Shown here: positions 1-13,732 of the stretch, one piece after another | Numbering within the stretch: position 1 is the stretch's first letter | Layout of the letters: each line of letters opens with the position of its first letter | Assembly (NCBI GenBank): GCA_951406725.2 | Contig: OX597816.1 | Coordinates: 60,078,001-60,142,000 of the forward strand | Direction: 5' to 3' | Origin: Octopus vulgaris | Taxonomy: Eukaryota | Length of the DNA stretch: 64,000 bases | Translations under genes and position numbers: made by a program | Notes under the pieces: model-generated | The model's database searches: none | What the model was told of the DNA's origin: nothing | The model's input: the letters and a program-made list of their open reading frames with translations, nothing else

Positions 1-1400
1 CCCCCCCTCTTTGATTTATTTGTTAAAAGAATACATTGACATCCACTCATTTCAAGCGAGGAAATCTTTATCCGATCCCCTTGAATATGTCAACATATGA
101 CTTTACACAATTTGATTGCTTCTTCTGCATACATTAGCAAAAAACCATTAACTTCTAGACATGAACTAACATACAGCCTTTTCTACTTAAGTTGACCCAT
201 GTCTCTGTCCAGCACATTAACTAACATACACACACCTCTACATAATTCAATTATTTCACCAGCATGGATTAACCACAGCTTCCATACAATTTGATTCCAT
301 TTCTGCTGTATACATTAACTTACAGCCACTCTCTTGTATTAATTTGATCTGTCCTAGGTTCATACATTAAGTAAAGGCCACTCACCTCTATATGATTTGA
401 TCTGCTTCTCCTGCATGCATTAACTAAAATATGTTCATATCTAGACATTTTCATATAACTCTCTTCTACACATTAATTAAGATGCATTCCCCTTTACACT
501 ATTGGACTGTTTTTAACAAACAAAAATCAACATAAAGGCAAGAAATAAAGATAAAAGTCATGTGCCATGACATATGAAACATTTCCAAGAGGGATTACTC
601 CAATACGAAGTGCTGTCCATGATATTTGCTGATGGTAGTGATATAGTAGTGACAATCGAGTGGAGATGGTACAGTAAAAGGTTGATAATGTCATGGTGAT
701 GATAGAGTGATGATGGTATAGCAATGATAGTGTAGTGGGATGGTAGGATGGAAACTGGTGATGGTAGAATCACCAGAACAAAAGATGCACAGTTGTAACA
801 ACGATTACTTAATCAAAAACCTGTCTCCTCATATTGGTAGTTTCTTCATGTAATGACCATTTGGTACCAGTAAGGCTATGTGTATTGAGCACCTTCATTC
901 ACATTGTTACTTCTTAATTGGAAGAGATTCCTTTAGTCTTTTATATGTTCCAGCCAAATGGCTGTGGCTATGTTGGAGTACTGCCATTTTCATCACCTTT
1001 TCAATGTCCATTCTTATGTGATTGGCTTTTGTTGAATGAGGGAGTTCGATATTGCTGCCCTCATTTATATTTCTTACCTTGATAGAGGCTCATCGGAGAT
1101 CTTAGACACCAGAAAGTAAAGGTTCTTCTTGAAAACATCTACCCATACTCCCTGTAGTTCCCCCAGGCTTTTCAGCAAGATACTAAACAGATTTGGGCCC
1201 ATATTTTATTTATATCATAACTGTTGAACAATAATGTCACTTGTTATAGTTTTCCAATAGGACAACTTCAGATTTACTGCATTTTGGATGATGTGAATGA
1301 CAAGAGAGTATTTGTCACAATACAGAATAAATATTACTAGTGACTTTGTTTAAAAGGCTCCTGGTTCTTTGGTTTTCTCATTAATATTTACATATTTATA

Positions 1401-1573
1401 CAGGAGTGGCTGTGTGGTAAGTAGCTTGCTTACCAACTACATGGTTCTGGCTTCAGTCCAGCTGCGTGACACCTTGGGCAAGTGTCTTCTACTATAGCCT
1501 TGGACCAACCAAAGCCTTGTGAGTGGATGTGGTAGACGGAAACTGAAAGAAGCTCATTGTATATATGTATGTA

Positions 1574-1624
<51 letters not shown>

Positions 1625-1848
1625 ATATGTTTGTGTGTCTGTGTTTGTCCCCCCAACATCGCTTGACAACCGATGCTGGTGTGTTTACAACCCTGTAACT
1701 TAGTGGTTCGGCAAAAGAGACCGATAGAATAAGTACTAGGCTTACAAAGAATAAGACCTGGGGTCGATTTGCTCGACTAAAGGCGGTGCTTCAGCGTGGC
1801 CACAGTCAAATGACTGAAACAAGTAAAAGAGTAAAAGAGAGTAGAGAG
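1401..1848 (+). mobile_element. tRNA-derived SINE family A, full length
   Basis: A box tggctgtgtggt, B-box-like gcttcagtcc, caccttgggcaagtgtctt, internal (TA)/(TG), tail (gagtaaaa)n; more than 10 copies in the window. Confidence 0.85.
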
Positions 1849-2655
1849 TATCTTTTGATGTAAGAGCACACACACATTTTTATATAAAACAAGCTTCTGC
1901 TCAGTTTCCATCTAACAAGTTCCAACCCCCAAAATATCAGCCAACCTAAAGCTGTTCTTAACTCCTGATGTATTTTATCTGTCACCTGATTTTACACAAT
2001 CACTTGGCTCTTGGTTGTTCTTCATAGAATTGACTCTGTTGCAAGTATTCAGTTCAGTTGTCTGGTGTAAGCATAGCTTCATCCCTTCTGCCCTTTAATC
2101 TCTGAGAAAAAATCCTGTACACTACCCTTCCTCCACTGAATAAATCTTTTACAAAATGCTGGACCAATTGTCGTGTTAACAAAATTTGCTCAATCTGCTT
2201 TTAATTTTTAAACCATTTGAACTTATAAAAACAAATGATCTACGAAAGAGCCTCAGATTGTGAAACTATTACTATAGCACGCTAACACCTGTCAATACAT
2301 TAATCAAATCACCTGTTTTGACTATTAATAATCTGCTTAGTCGATATTGAGAAACAAGGTAGATAACAAATATTTCAAGTCGCTATTTTAACTTCCAGTG
2401 CTCTCCCTTGTGCATTTTTTTTTTTAAACTTCAGCAAGTATTTCCCAAACAATAATTATTGTTGGTTGTAGGATTTCAATGTACCGAACATTGGGACCCC
2501 GAATTTCTGAGTGGCATAAGGGACAAGGTAGTATCAATTCAAACCAGATAAAATAAAATTTCACTAGGCTTTTTTTTTTTCTTATTTGAATGTTGCAGTT
2601 TATCGAACTATTTTGCCAACGTGTTCACCTTCGCTGATATAATTATAATATTAAG

Positions 2656-3079
2656 GAAATTATTGTATACAGTGCTCAGGTGCACCACAACTTGTCAAAA
2701 GTGCGTATAAAGCATATGCAGTTTTATGTACAAATGTCTGGGAAGTGAACAGTGTATGAGTCAGATACATGCTTGCGTGTGTATGGAGGGGAGAAAATCA
2801 GGTGTAGTGTTGGCGAATCTCAGGAAGCATGGAAATTTTTAAGGATGCAGAGCTCCGACAACTAACAACTGATGCTGGCAGTTTGTTCCATACTTCAGCA
2901 ACTCTTAGAGTGAAAAAAATGTTTCTGTGCTGCTTTCTGACTTTGTAAACCTGTCCACGTGTGTTAGACAGGTGGAGTTTGAAAAGGTGTTCAGAGTTAT
3001 TGTTAGTAAGATGCTTATTGTTCAGAGTTATTGTTAGTAAGATGCTTAATAATTTTATGGGTGTCTGCCAGACGTCGGA
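2656..3079 (-). mobile_element. Second, shorter copy of the same CR1-clade LINE 3' end
   Basis: Near-identical to 4267-4680 (gaaattattgtatacagtgctcaggtgcaccac...), with an internal ~30-bp tandem duplication at 2989-3048. Confidence 0.9.
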
Positions 3080-3245
3080 GTTACATACATCTGCAAAGGA
3101 AAAATATATGCAGACACAACGTGCATCCACGGAGCTTCAATCTTTCAAATTTCTCTCACAAGTTATTGTCAAATCGATGCTACAATAGAAGACACTTACT
3201 TAAGATGCTGTTCAGGGGAACCAAAACGATAAAGTTGCGATTGCA

Positions 3246-3634
3246 GGTACTATTTAAGAAGAGTGGCCCCCAGTGCGCGCACTCGCGCATCCGCGCTAGC
3301 TAGTCGTGACTAGTCGATCCTACAACGACTAAAATAAAAATAACACACTACCTGTTTTTGGTACCCCCATCATACTCTGAAAACGTCATTTTACGTTATT
3401 CTAACTTTCAACCGAATTTGTACGAACATTTGTTATAGGAGCGACAAAATTTTCGGAATGGCTCACCTTGAAATGGGTGTATTTTGGTATCACATCTATT
3501 TGTTTAAAAAAAACCCTATTTGTTAAAAAAAAAAAATCTAATACTTTGCATACGTGCACACGCGCTAGGTAGTCATAGTAAGATCGACTAGCTAGCGCGG
3601 ATGCGCACCGGGACCACTCTTCTTAAATAGTACT
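3246..3634. mobile_element. MITE with terminal inverted repeats and 9-bp TSD (Merlin- or MULE-like)
   Basis: GGTACTATTTAAGAAGAGTGG...CCACTCTTCTTAAATAGTACT; subterminal gcgcatccgcgctagctagtcg also inverted; GCGATTGCA duplicated at 3237-3245 and 3635-3643. Confidence 0.85.
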
Positions 3635-3682
3635 GCGATTGCAAATGTCTTAGCTATGACTGTCGGCCGGTCTTGGTTAAAT

Positions 3683-3972
3683 TTCTTCCAATCACTTGAA
3701 GTATCTCAGATTTTCACCTGATTATATATATATTTTTAATGTAGTTTTGATGTTGTTTTGTGGGCTGAGGACGAAAATTGAGACTTATTTATTATTGAGT
3801 TCTAGCAATTAATAATAGAAATTATAGTAGAAATCATTAATTTCTAATAAAAAAAAAAAGGAAAGAAAAAACGAATGCACTTTTCGTCATCAGCGTGCAA
3901 AGCCACATCAAAATCAAACTTTTTGAAAATATATCTGGTGAAATTTGAAATACTTTGGTTGGTTTGAAGAAA
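3683..3972. mobile_element. Old degenerate fold-back/MITE
   Basis: ttcttc..aagtatctcagattttcacc..ttttgatgt..gctgaggacgaaaa mirrored by ttttcgtcatcagc..acatcaaaa..ggtgaaatttgaaatactt..gaagaa. Confidence 0.55.
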
Positions 3973-4266
3973 TGTAGCAAGATTTGTGTTGGTATCTGGT
4001 AGATACAGTTGTCATCTTTTAATGTCTAAAAGATGTGGAATTTTGGAGAATACAAAAGGAGATTGGCAGACAATCGAGGAATGTATGAGACAAACAAGTT
4101 GCTCAGTGGGGTGAATTTTAAGAAATACAGTGAACTGGTGAATTAAGGGATTTGTTAAATATCAAGAAATCTTTTTGCAATAGAAATACATGTTACATAA
4201 TTATGTTTGAATTATTTGATAAGCAAAATAGATACAAGATAAAACAATCTTATAAAAATAATAATG

Positions 4267-5170
4267 AAATTATTGTATACAGTGCTCAGGTGCACCACAA
4301 CTTGTCAAAAGTGCGTATAAAGCATATGCAGTAATGTACAAATGTCTGGGAAGTGAACAGTGTATGAGTCAGATACTTGCTTGCATGTGTATGGAGGGGA
4401 GAAAATCAGGTGTAGTGTTGGCAAATCTCAGGAAGCATGGAAATTTTTAAGGATGCAGTGCTCCGACAACTAACAACTGATGCCGGCAGTTTGTTCCCTG
4501 CTTCAGCAACTCTTAGCATGAAAAAATGTTTCTGAAAGTCATGGGAGCTGTACTGTTTTCTGACTTTGTAAACCTGTCCACGGGTGTTAGACAGATGTAG
4601 TTTGAAAAGGTGCTCAGAGTTATTGCTAGTAAGATGGTTAATAATTTTATGGGTGTCTGCCAAGTCGGTCGCCAGATGTCGGAGTTTCAATGTATCCATG
4701 CCCAAGGAAGTAAGGCATTCAGAATATGGCAAATGCCTGATGGAGGGTATTCTCTTGGTAGCACGTCGCTGAACGGCTTCCAGACGATTAATATCCTGGG
4801 CAAGATAGGGGTTCCAGACCGATGATGCAAATTGCAGGTGAGGCTGCACCATAGCTATATAAATCCTCAGATAGTTAGCCGGAGAGCGACTCACAAAAGA
4901 CTTGCCTTCTTGGCAATTTTAGCGATGTGTTTTGTCCAACGCAAATCGCTGTCAACAATAATGCCCGGGTCATATTCACAAGATTAGTGTAGTGGAGAGA
5001 GTAAGTAGATGCTGGGTTTTTCCTCCCAAAATGCATGGTGGTACATTTGTTCACAGCCAGCTTGAGTTGCCAGTCCATGATCCACTGCTGCATTGTGTCT
5101 AGGGCTGATTGCAATAAAGATCTATAGTGTACAGGATCTGTCCTTTTTATTTCGATGTACAGCTTGAGAA
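4267..5170 (-). mobile_element. CR1-clade LINE 3' fragment (RT C-terminus and 3' UTR)
   Basis: LQSALDTMQQWIMDWQLKLAVNKC; LRIYIAMVQPHLQFASSVWNPYLAQDINRLEAVQRRATKRI...NTRGQ..K..FF..RV...NKLP. Confidence 0.9.
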
Positions 5171-5961
5171 AACTTTTTGAGATTAGTGTTGTGGAGGGAG
5201 TAAGTAGATCTTGAAACAAGAGAGGCTAATTACGTCTTATATATTCTCATTTCACTTTCCTACTTCAATATTTGTGTTGGTTACTAGGATCTAAATACTT
5301 AAATGATAGCTCTACTAAATCTAAAATTCTTTAATAGAGGTGGCATGGTGATGTAGTATTAGTTGATATACTGATCTAAGCAAACAATTCATATTTCTGT
5401 TGGTTTGTCATAGTGCTGATACTATCTGTCAACCACAACTCTTAACAGAACTTTTACCATTTTTCAGTGATGGGGTGGAGTTTGAACTCAGAATGTGCAG
5501 AGCTGGAGCAGATATTATGAAGCATCCTTTCCAGTGCACTAACAGTTCAATCAGTCTACTGATCTAGACTAGTATCTTCTTTTATTGACCCCAAAAGATG
5601 AAAGGCAAAGCTGACCTCATTGAGATTTGAATTCAGAACATAGATAGATGGAATAAATACTACAAGGCATGCCACTCAATACTCTAATGCCTCTGCTAAT
5701 TCACAAACTGAATAGTATTGGGTCTTATTTTTATCAGCTGAGTAGAGCGGAATAAAAGTGTACTGTTAGGGTAATTGAAAAGAATAAAGCTGTTGTGAAG
5801 CTATATATAAATATATAACAAAAAACAAACAAACATAAATATGTGTATTCAATGCATTTTTTGCCTTATTCCTTAATTTCAAATTCAAACTTCTAATCCT
5901 GCCAAATATTGTTAGGAAATGATTATCTCCTTTGCATTAATTTCCAGCCAGGGTCATCAGC

Positions 5962-6281
5962 AAATCGACTCCAGGACTTATTCTTTGTAAGCCTAGTACT
6001 TATTCTATCAGTCTCTTTTGCCAAACTGTTAAGTTACAGGAATGTAAACACACCAGCATCGGCTGTCAAGTGATGTTGGGGGAACAAACACAGACACACA
6101 AACAGACATATATATATGAATATACATATATATACGACGGGCTTCTTTCAGTTTCCGTCTACCAAATCCATTCACAAGGCTTTGGTTGGCCCGAGGCTAT
6201 AGTAGAAGACATTTGCACAAGATGCCACGCAGCAGGATTGAACCCAGAACCATATGGTTGGTAAGCAAGCTATTTACCACA
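5962..6281 (-). mobile_element. SINE family A, partial
   Basis: Reverse complement of 1401-1848. Confidence 0.8.
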
Positions 6282-6600
6282 CATATATATATATATATAA
6301 TGCATAATTTCATTTCATTTCATTTCTCTCCTTCTTGAAACATCACTTCTAAATTTTAAGCCAGTTGTCCTAACCTCAACCAATGAGGGAACCTGTATGC
6401 AGTTATCTGATGTGCTAGAAATAGCAGCAAATCTCTCCATTGCTACCTTTTTTACTTTCTTAAAAAGAATGACACTTTGGATATTGTGGTTTTAGATACT
6501 CACTACCTGAAAAAACAAAAAGAACACAAAAAAAAAACCCCAACAAAATCTACCAAATGATCACAGGATAGCTTTGATCAGATGTTGGGCCTAAGAAAGA

Positions 6601-6677
6601 GATTCAGGTAATATATTGATTCAGGTAATATATTGATTCAGGTAATATATTGATTCAGGTGATATATTGATTCAGGT
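6601..6677. repeat. 17-bp tandem repeat (gattcaggtaatatatt) x4.5
   Basis: Direct inspection. Confidence 0.95.
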
Positions 6678-6880
6678 GGTACATTAGCCTGTGGCCCAGA
6701 GAATTAATTGTAACCACCTTGAATTTTGAGAAGATTGTTTTGGTTCAAAAGCACTCTTGTTCAGGGTTGTAAGATTTATCTCAGAGTCCCTGATCATAGG
6801 TGTGTTTCATTAGAGCTCACCTGAAGAAATAACAAGAACCTCAGCCTGATCTATCCTTACAACACACAAATGCACACACA

Positions 6881-6922
<42 letters not shown>

Positions 6923-7697
6923 GAATATTATACAGGAAAATACTACTGAGAAAGCTGACACCTAGAAATAATTATTCAGGTGTGTTGTTGTGCACTAAAT
7001 CTAGTGTAAACAGTCTGAATTTAAGATTTTTATGTTCTCTAAATTACTCACTGAGATAATTTGATATTTAAAAAAAAAAATCTAATCAACAATTTTATAT
7101 ATCTCCTGGCAGCATGAATATGAAGAAGCTCAATGTTTAAAGAAATAATGATGCTTCTAAACTAAAAAAACAAAATCCCCTAAAATTTTTACATTTCAAA
7201 TTATCCTGAAAGTATTTTAAAGACTGAGCCAATGAAAAAAGAAATAAAAAATATTAAAAAAGTTTCTTAAAATCTCATGAAGAAAATAAGTAACAAAAAA
7301 ATTATATTTATTAAGAATATGGCATTTCCCTTCTACTTTGAAAACAAATTACATTTGTCACTGATATCAGAATTCTTTGATAAGAATTACATTAATCACT
7401 GATCATAAGAATTCTTAAAACAATATTTTCACATCTCTTTCAGAGATACCATTACTTGGAGTTGAAAGTTTTCAGGGGAAGTAACTCCATACTTCCAACG
7501 TTCGCTGCTGCTACAGAGAGAAAATATACTCAATTGGGTCATTTAAGAATTAAACACACAAACACACACACACACACACACACATTGAATACATATACAT
7601 GTATATATATATCTATATATCTATATATATGTATATATATATATATGTATGTATATCTCTCACTCTCTCTATATATATATGTATGTATATATATATG

Positions 7698-7739
<42 letters not shown>

Positions 7740-9146
7740 CATATATATATATATGTATGCATATATACACACACACACACATAATAAATTTTATATATAG
7801 AATATATGTTTTATAGATGCTATCATATATTTGTTACAATAACGTTGTATCTAATATATAACACATGTGTATATACTTCATATATTATATATAACATAAC
7901 AAATATACACACATATATACATATCTATAATGTATATGCCATATATGTGTATACTCACACACAAACACACAAATACATATGCACACATTTTCACATGAAC
8001 TGAAAATAAACTTTCTCAGGAGTTACGTAATACAAAATAGTCAAGAGTATCTTGAAAAAATTAATCTCAGTCCTGGAATTAAAGACTCATATTTATTGAA
8101 TAAAATACTCAAGAATTTTGAATATGTTACCCAAAACCTCTTGAATAAAATACTTTCTTCCATTGCAGTTTCTTGTAAATCAGTTCTTATAATTCTTTAG
8201 TGTTGGGTGGGAGAGGAATGAGTGAGGAAAAAGAACAGCCATTTTTTTTAAGGATTTTCTGAAATATAACATCCTTGCATCCCTTTGTCATTTTATAAAT
8301 AATTAAATATATTATCAGACAAAAAAAAAAAAAAGAAAAAGAATGTTCCATTACTGGAGGAAGTTTTGAAGGGAAAGGGTAAGTTTCAGATAAAAAAAAA
8401 TTAAAGAAATAAAATACAAAAAGAAAAAACATTTCAAACAGAAAAGGCAAACAAAAAATACCTAAAACAATTAACATAATTTTTCTTCATTTTTAAAAAA
8501 TATTTTATGAGGAGATACGGGTTTTTGTTAAGGAGCTTTATGATTTTGGTCAAATATGGTTACTTTTAATGCATACATTATGATAGAGGAGAATTCTGTG
8601 TGTAAGTTTAGAGAGGTATTGTGTATATATATTGTAATGTTTGCTTGATGTAAAGTTACCTACATTCCGGAAAATAAAAAACAAAATTGAATTCTCTGTG
8701 ACTCAAGACAGCATTTAATCATAGAGTGCCCCACGAAACTAGGAATGAGGGAGACAGAGTTAGGTTGATGATATGGAGCACTTGATAGTAAGGAGGTACA
8801 TGAAGTCGATTTTACATTGAATATCAGATGGTATGGAGAGTAAGAGATAAATAGAAGGGTGGATGAATGGATGGATAGATAGATATAGATAAATAGCTAG
8901 ATAAGTAGACAAACAGATAGCATGTCCAGTGGTAACTTTTTAGTGTCCTATAAGGGTAAAACATCCAATCTTTCTCTGCTGTTCTCACAGCTATACTGCA
9001 TTTGAAATTCACTTTCTTGTCTGTGAAATACGAACACATTCGACACTTCTAAAGTTTGTTTATAATATATATATATATATATATACACATACACATACAT
9101 ATTTATATATGTGTATATATATATATATAAAACATCTATCTATCCA

Positions 9147-9338
9147 CTCAGTCAAAGTCGACTCTCAGTTACTCGATGGATCAGTGTCCTCCAGTCAGTT
9201 TATCCTGGGCCGCTTCTTTCATATTGGCTTTGTCCATTCCGGTATCACTCTTGCTGGTGTCAAGCCAGCGGGTTCTTAGTCGGCCTCTTTCTCTCTTGCC
9301 ACTGACCATTCCGAGCATGATGTCCTTCTCCAGGGACA

Positions 9339-9340
<2 letters not shown>
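9147..9340 (-). mobile_element. RTE/BovB-type LINE C-terminal fragment
   Basis: [26 protein letters not shown] matches the typical RTE ORF end. Confidence 0.75.
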
Positions 9341-9392
<52 letters not shown>

Positions 9393-9430
9393 AATACATA
9401 CATATATATATATATATAATACATACATAA

Positions 9431-9483
<53 letters not shown>

Positions 9484-9488
9484 CATAC

Positions 9489-9559
<71 letters not shown>

Positions 9560-10181
9560 CAAACAGACAAAATGACTCATAAAGATGGAGGGGATATAGA
9601 CTTAAAAAGAGAAATATACAGATAGATTGACTGAGGTAGAGGGACAGAAAGAGATATAGAGATACAGTGAGCTATAAAGAGATGTACGTAGAGAGAGATG
9701 GACAGATAAAGAGAATGAAATGGGTGTGGAAAGACAAACTATACAGCTTGAGAGGGATCCTTGATTCTGTGTTTACTACTAGAGAGGAACTAGTAAAAGC
9801 AAAAGAAAATGAAAACAAAAAACAGGGTAGATAACTCTACTAAAGCTTAAAGAACAGAATAAATTAAAAAACCCCCAACAAAAATGCTAATTTAGTCTAA
9901 AAGATAAATGCATATGTGACTAATTTTTTGTTTTTTTTTTGGAAATTTTAATGCCACTAAGTGTGAAAAATGGTAGAATGAAAAGAAAAGGATGTTGGAA
10001 TTTTTGATGGATTTTTTTAAAAGTATTTTTATGAAAAATAAAGATTCCTTTCAGATTTGTGCCAGGATAAACGTCCTTGGAATAAAGGTCCTTGATGCTT
10101 TTTTTTTGATGGATTTAAAGGAAAAGCAGAGGAGGGAAGAGAGAAAACAGTAGGGATGTTAGAAAAGAAATGAGAAGAATG

Positions 10182-10216
<35 letters not shown>

Positions 10217-10987
10217 GAAGAAAGAGAATTATAGAAAGAGGGATAATGATATAAATTTAGATAAAATTAAGAAAAATGGAAGATTGCGAACTTTGTGTAC
10301 ACACACACACACACACACACACATATGCATGTTTATATATTATGTATATATATGTGTGTCTTTGTGTATGTATATATTGTAATACACACACACACATATA
10401 TATGTACACTTGTGCATATATGTATACATCTATATACACATCTATTTATATATGCACATATATATAATATATGTCATATATGATATGTGTATGTGTGTTT
10501 GTATTTGTGTGTGTATTGCATATAAATATATATGCATGTATGCTTTGCATTATATATTTGTTACATAATTCATATATATATATATATACAATACATACAT
10601 ATACATATATATATATATAATGTGTTATATATGTGTGTGTGTGTGTATACATATATATGATGTATATATGTTATAATATATGTACATCATCATAATCATC
10701 ATCATCATCTTTCTACATCTGTTTTTTTTCCATGTTTGCATGGGTTAAACTAGAATAAATAAACATTACACCTAGAAAAATTAAAGACTAATTCTTTTTT
10801 TTTTTAATTTCCCATAATGTTGAATTAATTATTTCTTGATAAATTTTTTTGTAAGTTTTTTCAAAACTTTTTTAATAATTTATATTTTACTGTCATTTGT
10901 GTCTGTTGGTTCCGCTATTTGTGTCTCAAATACACATCCATAGAATATATGAATGCTTTTTTTTTTATCATGATTACTTATAACTTC

Positions 10988-11027
<40 letters not shown>

Positions 11028-11261
11028 CCATAATAATAGATAGACTTGATAGGGAAGATTTGAATTTTGTTTATTTTGCAATTAAAAAAAAAAAATTTTT
11101 TTTAACAGCAATAAAATACTTTTTTTTCCTGGCTACTGAAATGATGTTTCTGAGAGATATTTTAGTGTTTTTGTATGTGTGCAGTAAATAACTATCATTC
11201 ATCAATCCATGTGACTGGAACCCTCCTGATTCAACATTTTCAGCTTGTCAATCCACACACG

Positions 11262-11310
<49 letters not shown>

Positions 11311-11375
11311 CCATGTATACACACATATATATTTTGCTGGTATTTTCTCTCCTCTCTGTTAACACTATTAGATTG

Positions 11376-11420
<45 letters not shown>

Positions 11421-12272
11421 ACCGTAATCTGGGTTGAATAGGGACTAAGGGGTAAAAAGGGACAATAACCAGGAAAAAATATTTTAGAACAATAAAGATG
11501 AGATAACTCAAATTGTGCTAATTTCTTTCTAGCTATTTTGTAGTACAAAATAACTAGAAAGAAACGAGAAAATATTTTTCCCCGGTTATTGTCCCTATTC
11601 ACCCCAGATTACGGTATATATATATATATCATATATATATATATATATATATATGATATATATGTATCTATATATACACATACATACATACATATGCATG
11701 TATACATGCATGCATGCTTACACACACACACATACATACATGCATACATACATACATATAATTTCAGTAACCTTTCTCTCTTTTCATCCTTTATTTGCTT
11801 CAAAGAATTTTGTTGTTGTTTTTTTCTTTCTTTTTCAAATTTCTCTTACTGGAGCACACCTAAGAATATGCCATCAACCATAATTTTAATACTTAACCAA
11901 AACATCAAATGCCTTGATAAAACATTTTTTGTTTGATTTTTTTTTTCTGTTTTTCTTTTTATATATATAACCACAAACACTATTATTATTAAAAGAATTT
12001 TTTTTTTCCTCTCTTTTCAGAAAATCTAAAAGGACAGAAAATTTACTGCCAGAAAATTGAAAGAGATATATTTTTCTTTTTCCTATCTTTTTATCTTGGC
12101 AACTTCTATTTTTAATGTAAGTGTGTCTATAAACTAAACACACATTTTCTGTTCTGTGTATATGTCTTCTTTTGTATTTAAATTTGAGTGGAATTAGTTA
12201 TAACAACCCCAGCTATGGACACAAACAATTTAGGACAGATGAAGCATAAGGGAAAGAATTCTAAAACCAATT

Positions 12273-12625
12273 CTAGGTGAGTCCAGCAGACAAATATTGA
12301 TATAAAGTCTGCGAAAGCCAAAATATATGTACATATTTAACTAAATTACACCAAAAGCTGCTTGATGATTTAAATGTTAAAAGGAGGTGGCTAGAACCAC
12401 CTGCCATGACAGCCGAATGATTGCCAAACAGTTGCAACTCTCGACATTTAGTTACATTTTGGGAAGGGATGCTGTCACAGCCTGTTGTAGATTGGGAAGC
12501 TGCAAGCTGTGATTCCAAGTGACAACGTTCGTAGCAGTCTTGCGATACATTATTGTCATCATCTGACTTATTTTCACCATCACGTAGAACCTCAATGTAA
12601 TTTTTATGACTTGCAATGAAGGGAT
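12273..12625 (-). CDS. FAM155: Terminal coding exon of the FAM155/NALF homologue
   Basis: Long pyrimidine tract ending ttttttcag|ATCCCTTC on the minus strand. Phase-1 join with the upstream exon gives ...SFICK-D-PFIASHKNYIEV...DCYERC...GGSSHLLL...FWCNLVKYVHIFWLSQTLYQYLSAGLT, with TAG at 12275-12273. The junction F.C.DP.I resembles invertebrate Mid1/FAM155 proteins; frame is open for 353 nt of non-repetitive sequence. Confidence 0.8.
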
Positions 12626-12896
12626 CTGAAAAAAGAAGATACAAAGAGAAAAAAAAAAAAAAAAAGATATATTAGATTATATGATAAGTTCGACATTTTA
12701 ATTATTACTTTTCAAAAGATATTGGACATTAAGAAATTTATAAATAGATGTTAAAAAGATTATAATATTCTGTTGCATTAACATTTCTCTGTCTTTCTCT
12801 GCCAACTGATATCTAAATTAGGGTATTTTGGACTAATAAAATAATTTGATAATGCTACATAATAAAATTATATATGTATGTATGTATGTATGTAAG

Positions 12897-13140
12897 CAGC
12901 AGCAGCAGCAGCGTCGTCGTCGTCGTCGTGTCGTCGTCGTCGTCGTGTCGTCGTCGTGTCGTCGTCGTCGTCGTGTCGTCGTGTCGTCGTCGTCGTCGTC
13001 GTCGTCGTCTTCGTCTTCTTCTTTTAACGTCCGTTTTCCATGCTTGCATGTGTTGGACGGTTTGACTGGGGTCTGGGAAGCCAGGAGGCTGCGCCAGGCT
13101 CCAGTCTGATCTGGCAGTGTTCTGATCTGGATGCCCTTCC
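12897..13140 (-). mobile_element. RTE-family 3' end with (GAC)n-type tail
   Basis: ttaacgtccgttttccatgcttgcatg...ctggatgcccttcc is the reverse complement of the family 3' end; tail reads (tcg)n on plus. Confidence 0.8.
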
Positions 13141-13700
13141 TTGTTTGTGTGTGTGTACATATGTATGTATGTGTATCTAGGTGAGCTTATGTTTGTGTGA
13201 GTGCATTCATATTTGTCTTGCATTTTCCGGTTTATAAACAATGTCTTCCTGAAAGCACGTCCAGACTTCTTGACATGTCTTGACATGTTGTTATATATTG
13301 ACCTGCTCGCTTAGCCAGCGGGGTGGCGTCATTTGAAGGCTAAAACAATGCAAACGCATTGTGACCAGCAATGTGTAACAACATCTGATGGTCTGGTCGG
13401 TCACGTGATCACGTGATATTTATATATATATATATATATATAAGTAGGTGAATGAATTATCCTATGTTTATCGTCAGCATGGAAAATTCGTTTAACCGAA
13501 ACCTAGGTAGCAAATTTACATCAGAAAACACGGTTGAAGCGACCTGTCAAGGGTAGAAACTCCGGTTTCTTGTGTAGAAATTTGTGTGTTGTATATGAAT
13601 GAATGAAAGAATGGAGTCGAACGAAGATGCTCTCGTCGAAACATATGTCGAGAGTAAAGGAATTTTGTTAACATCTTCGTTTGACTCTATTCTTTCATTC

Positions 13701-13732
<32 letters not shown>

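Noticed and set aside
6601-6677. Repeated CAG|GTAAT as possible recursive splice sites
   Set aside because: Opposite strand to the host gene, downstream of its coding end, and no pyrimidine tracts
7455-7490. ggagtt...aactcc hairpin as a possible miRNA or UTR element
   Set aside because: Only about 6 bp of pairing; expected by chance
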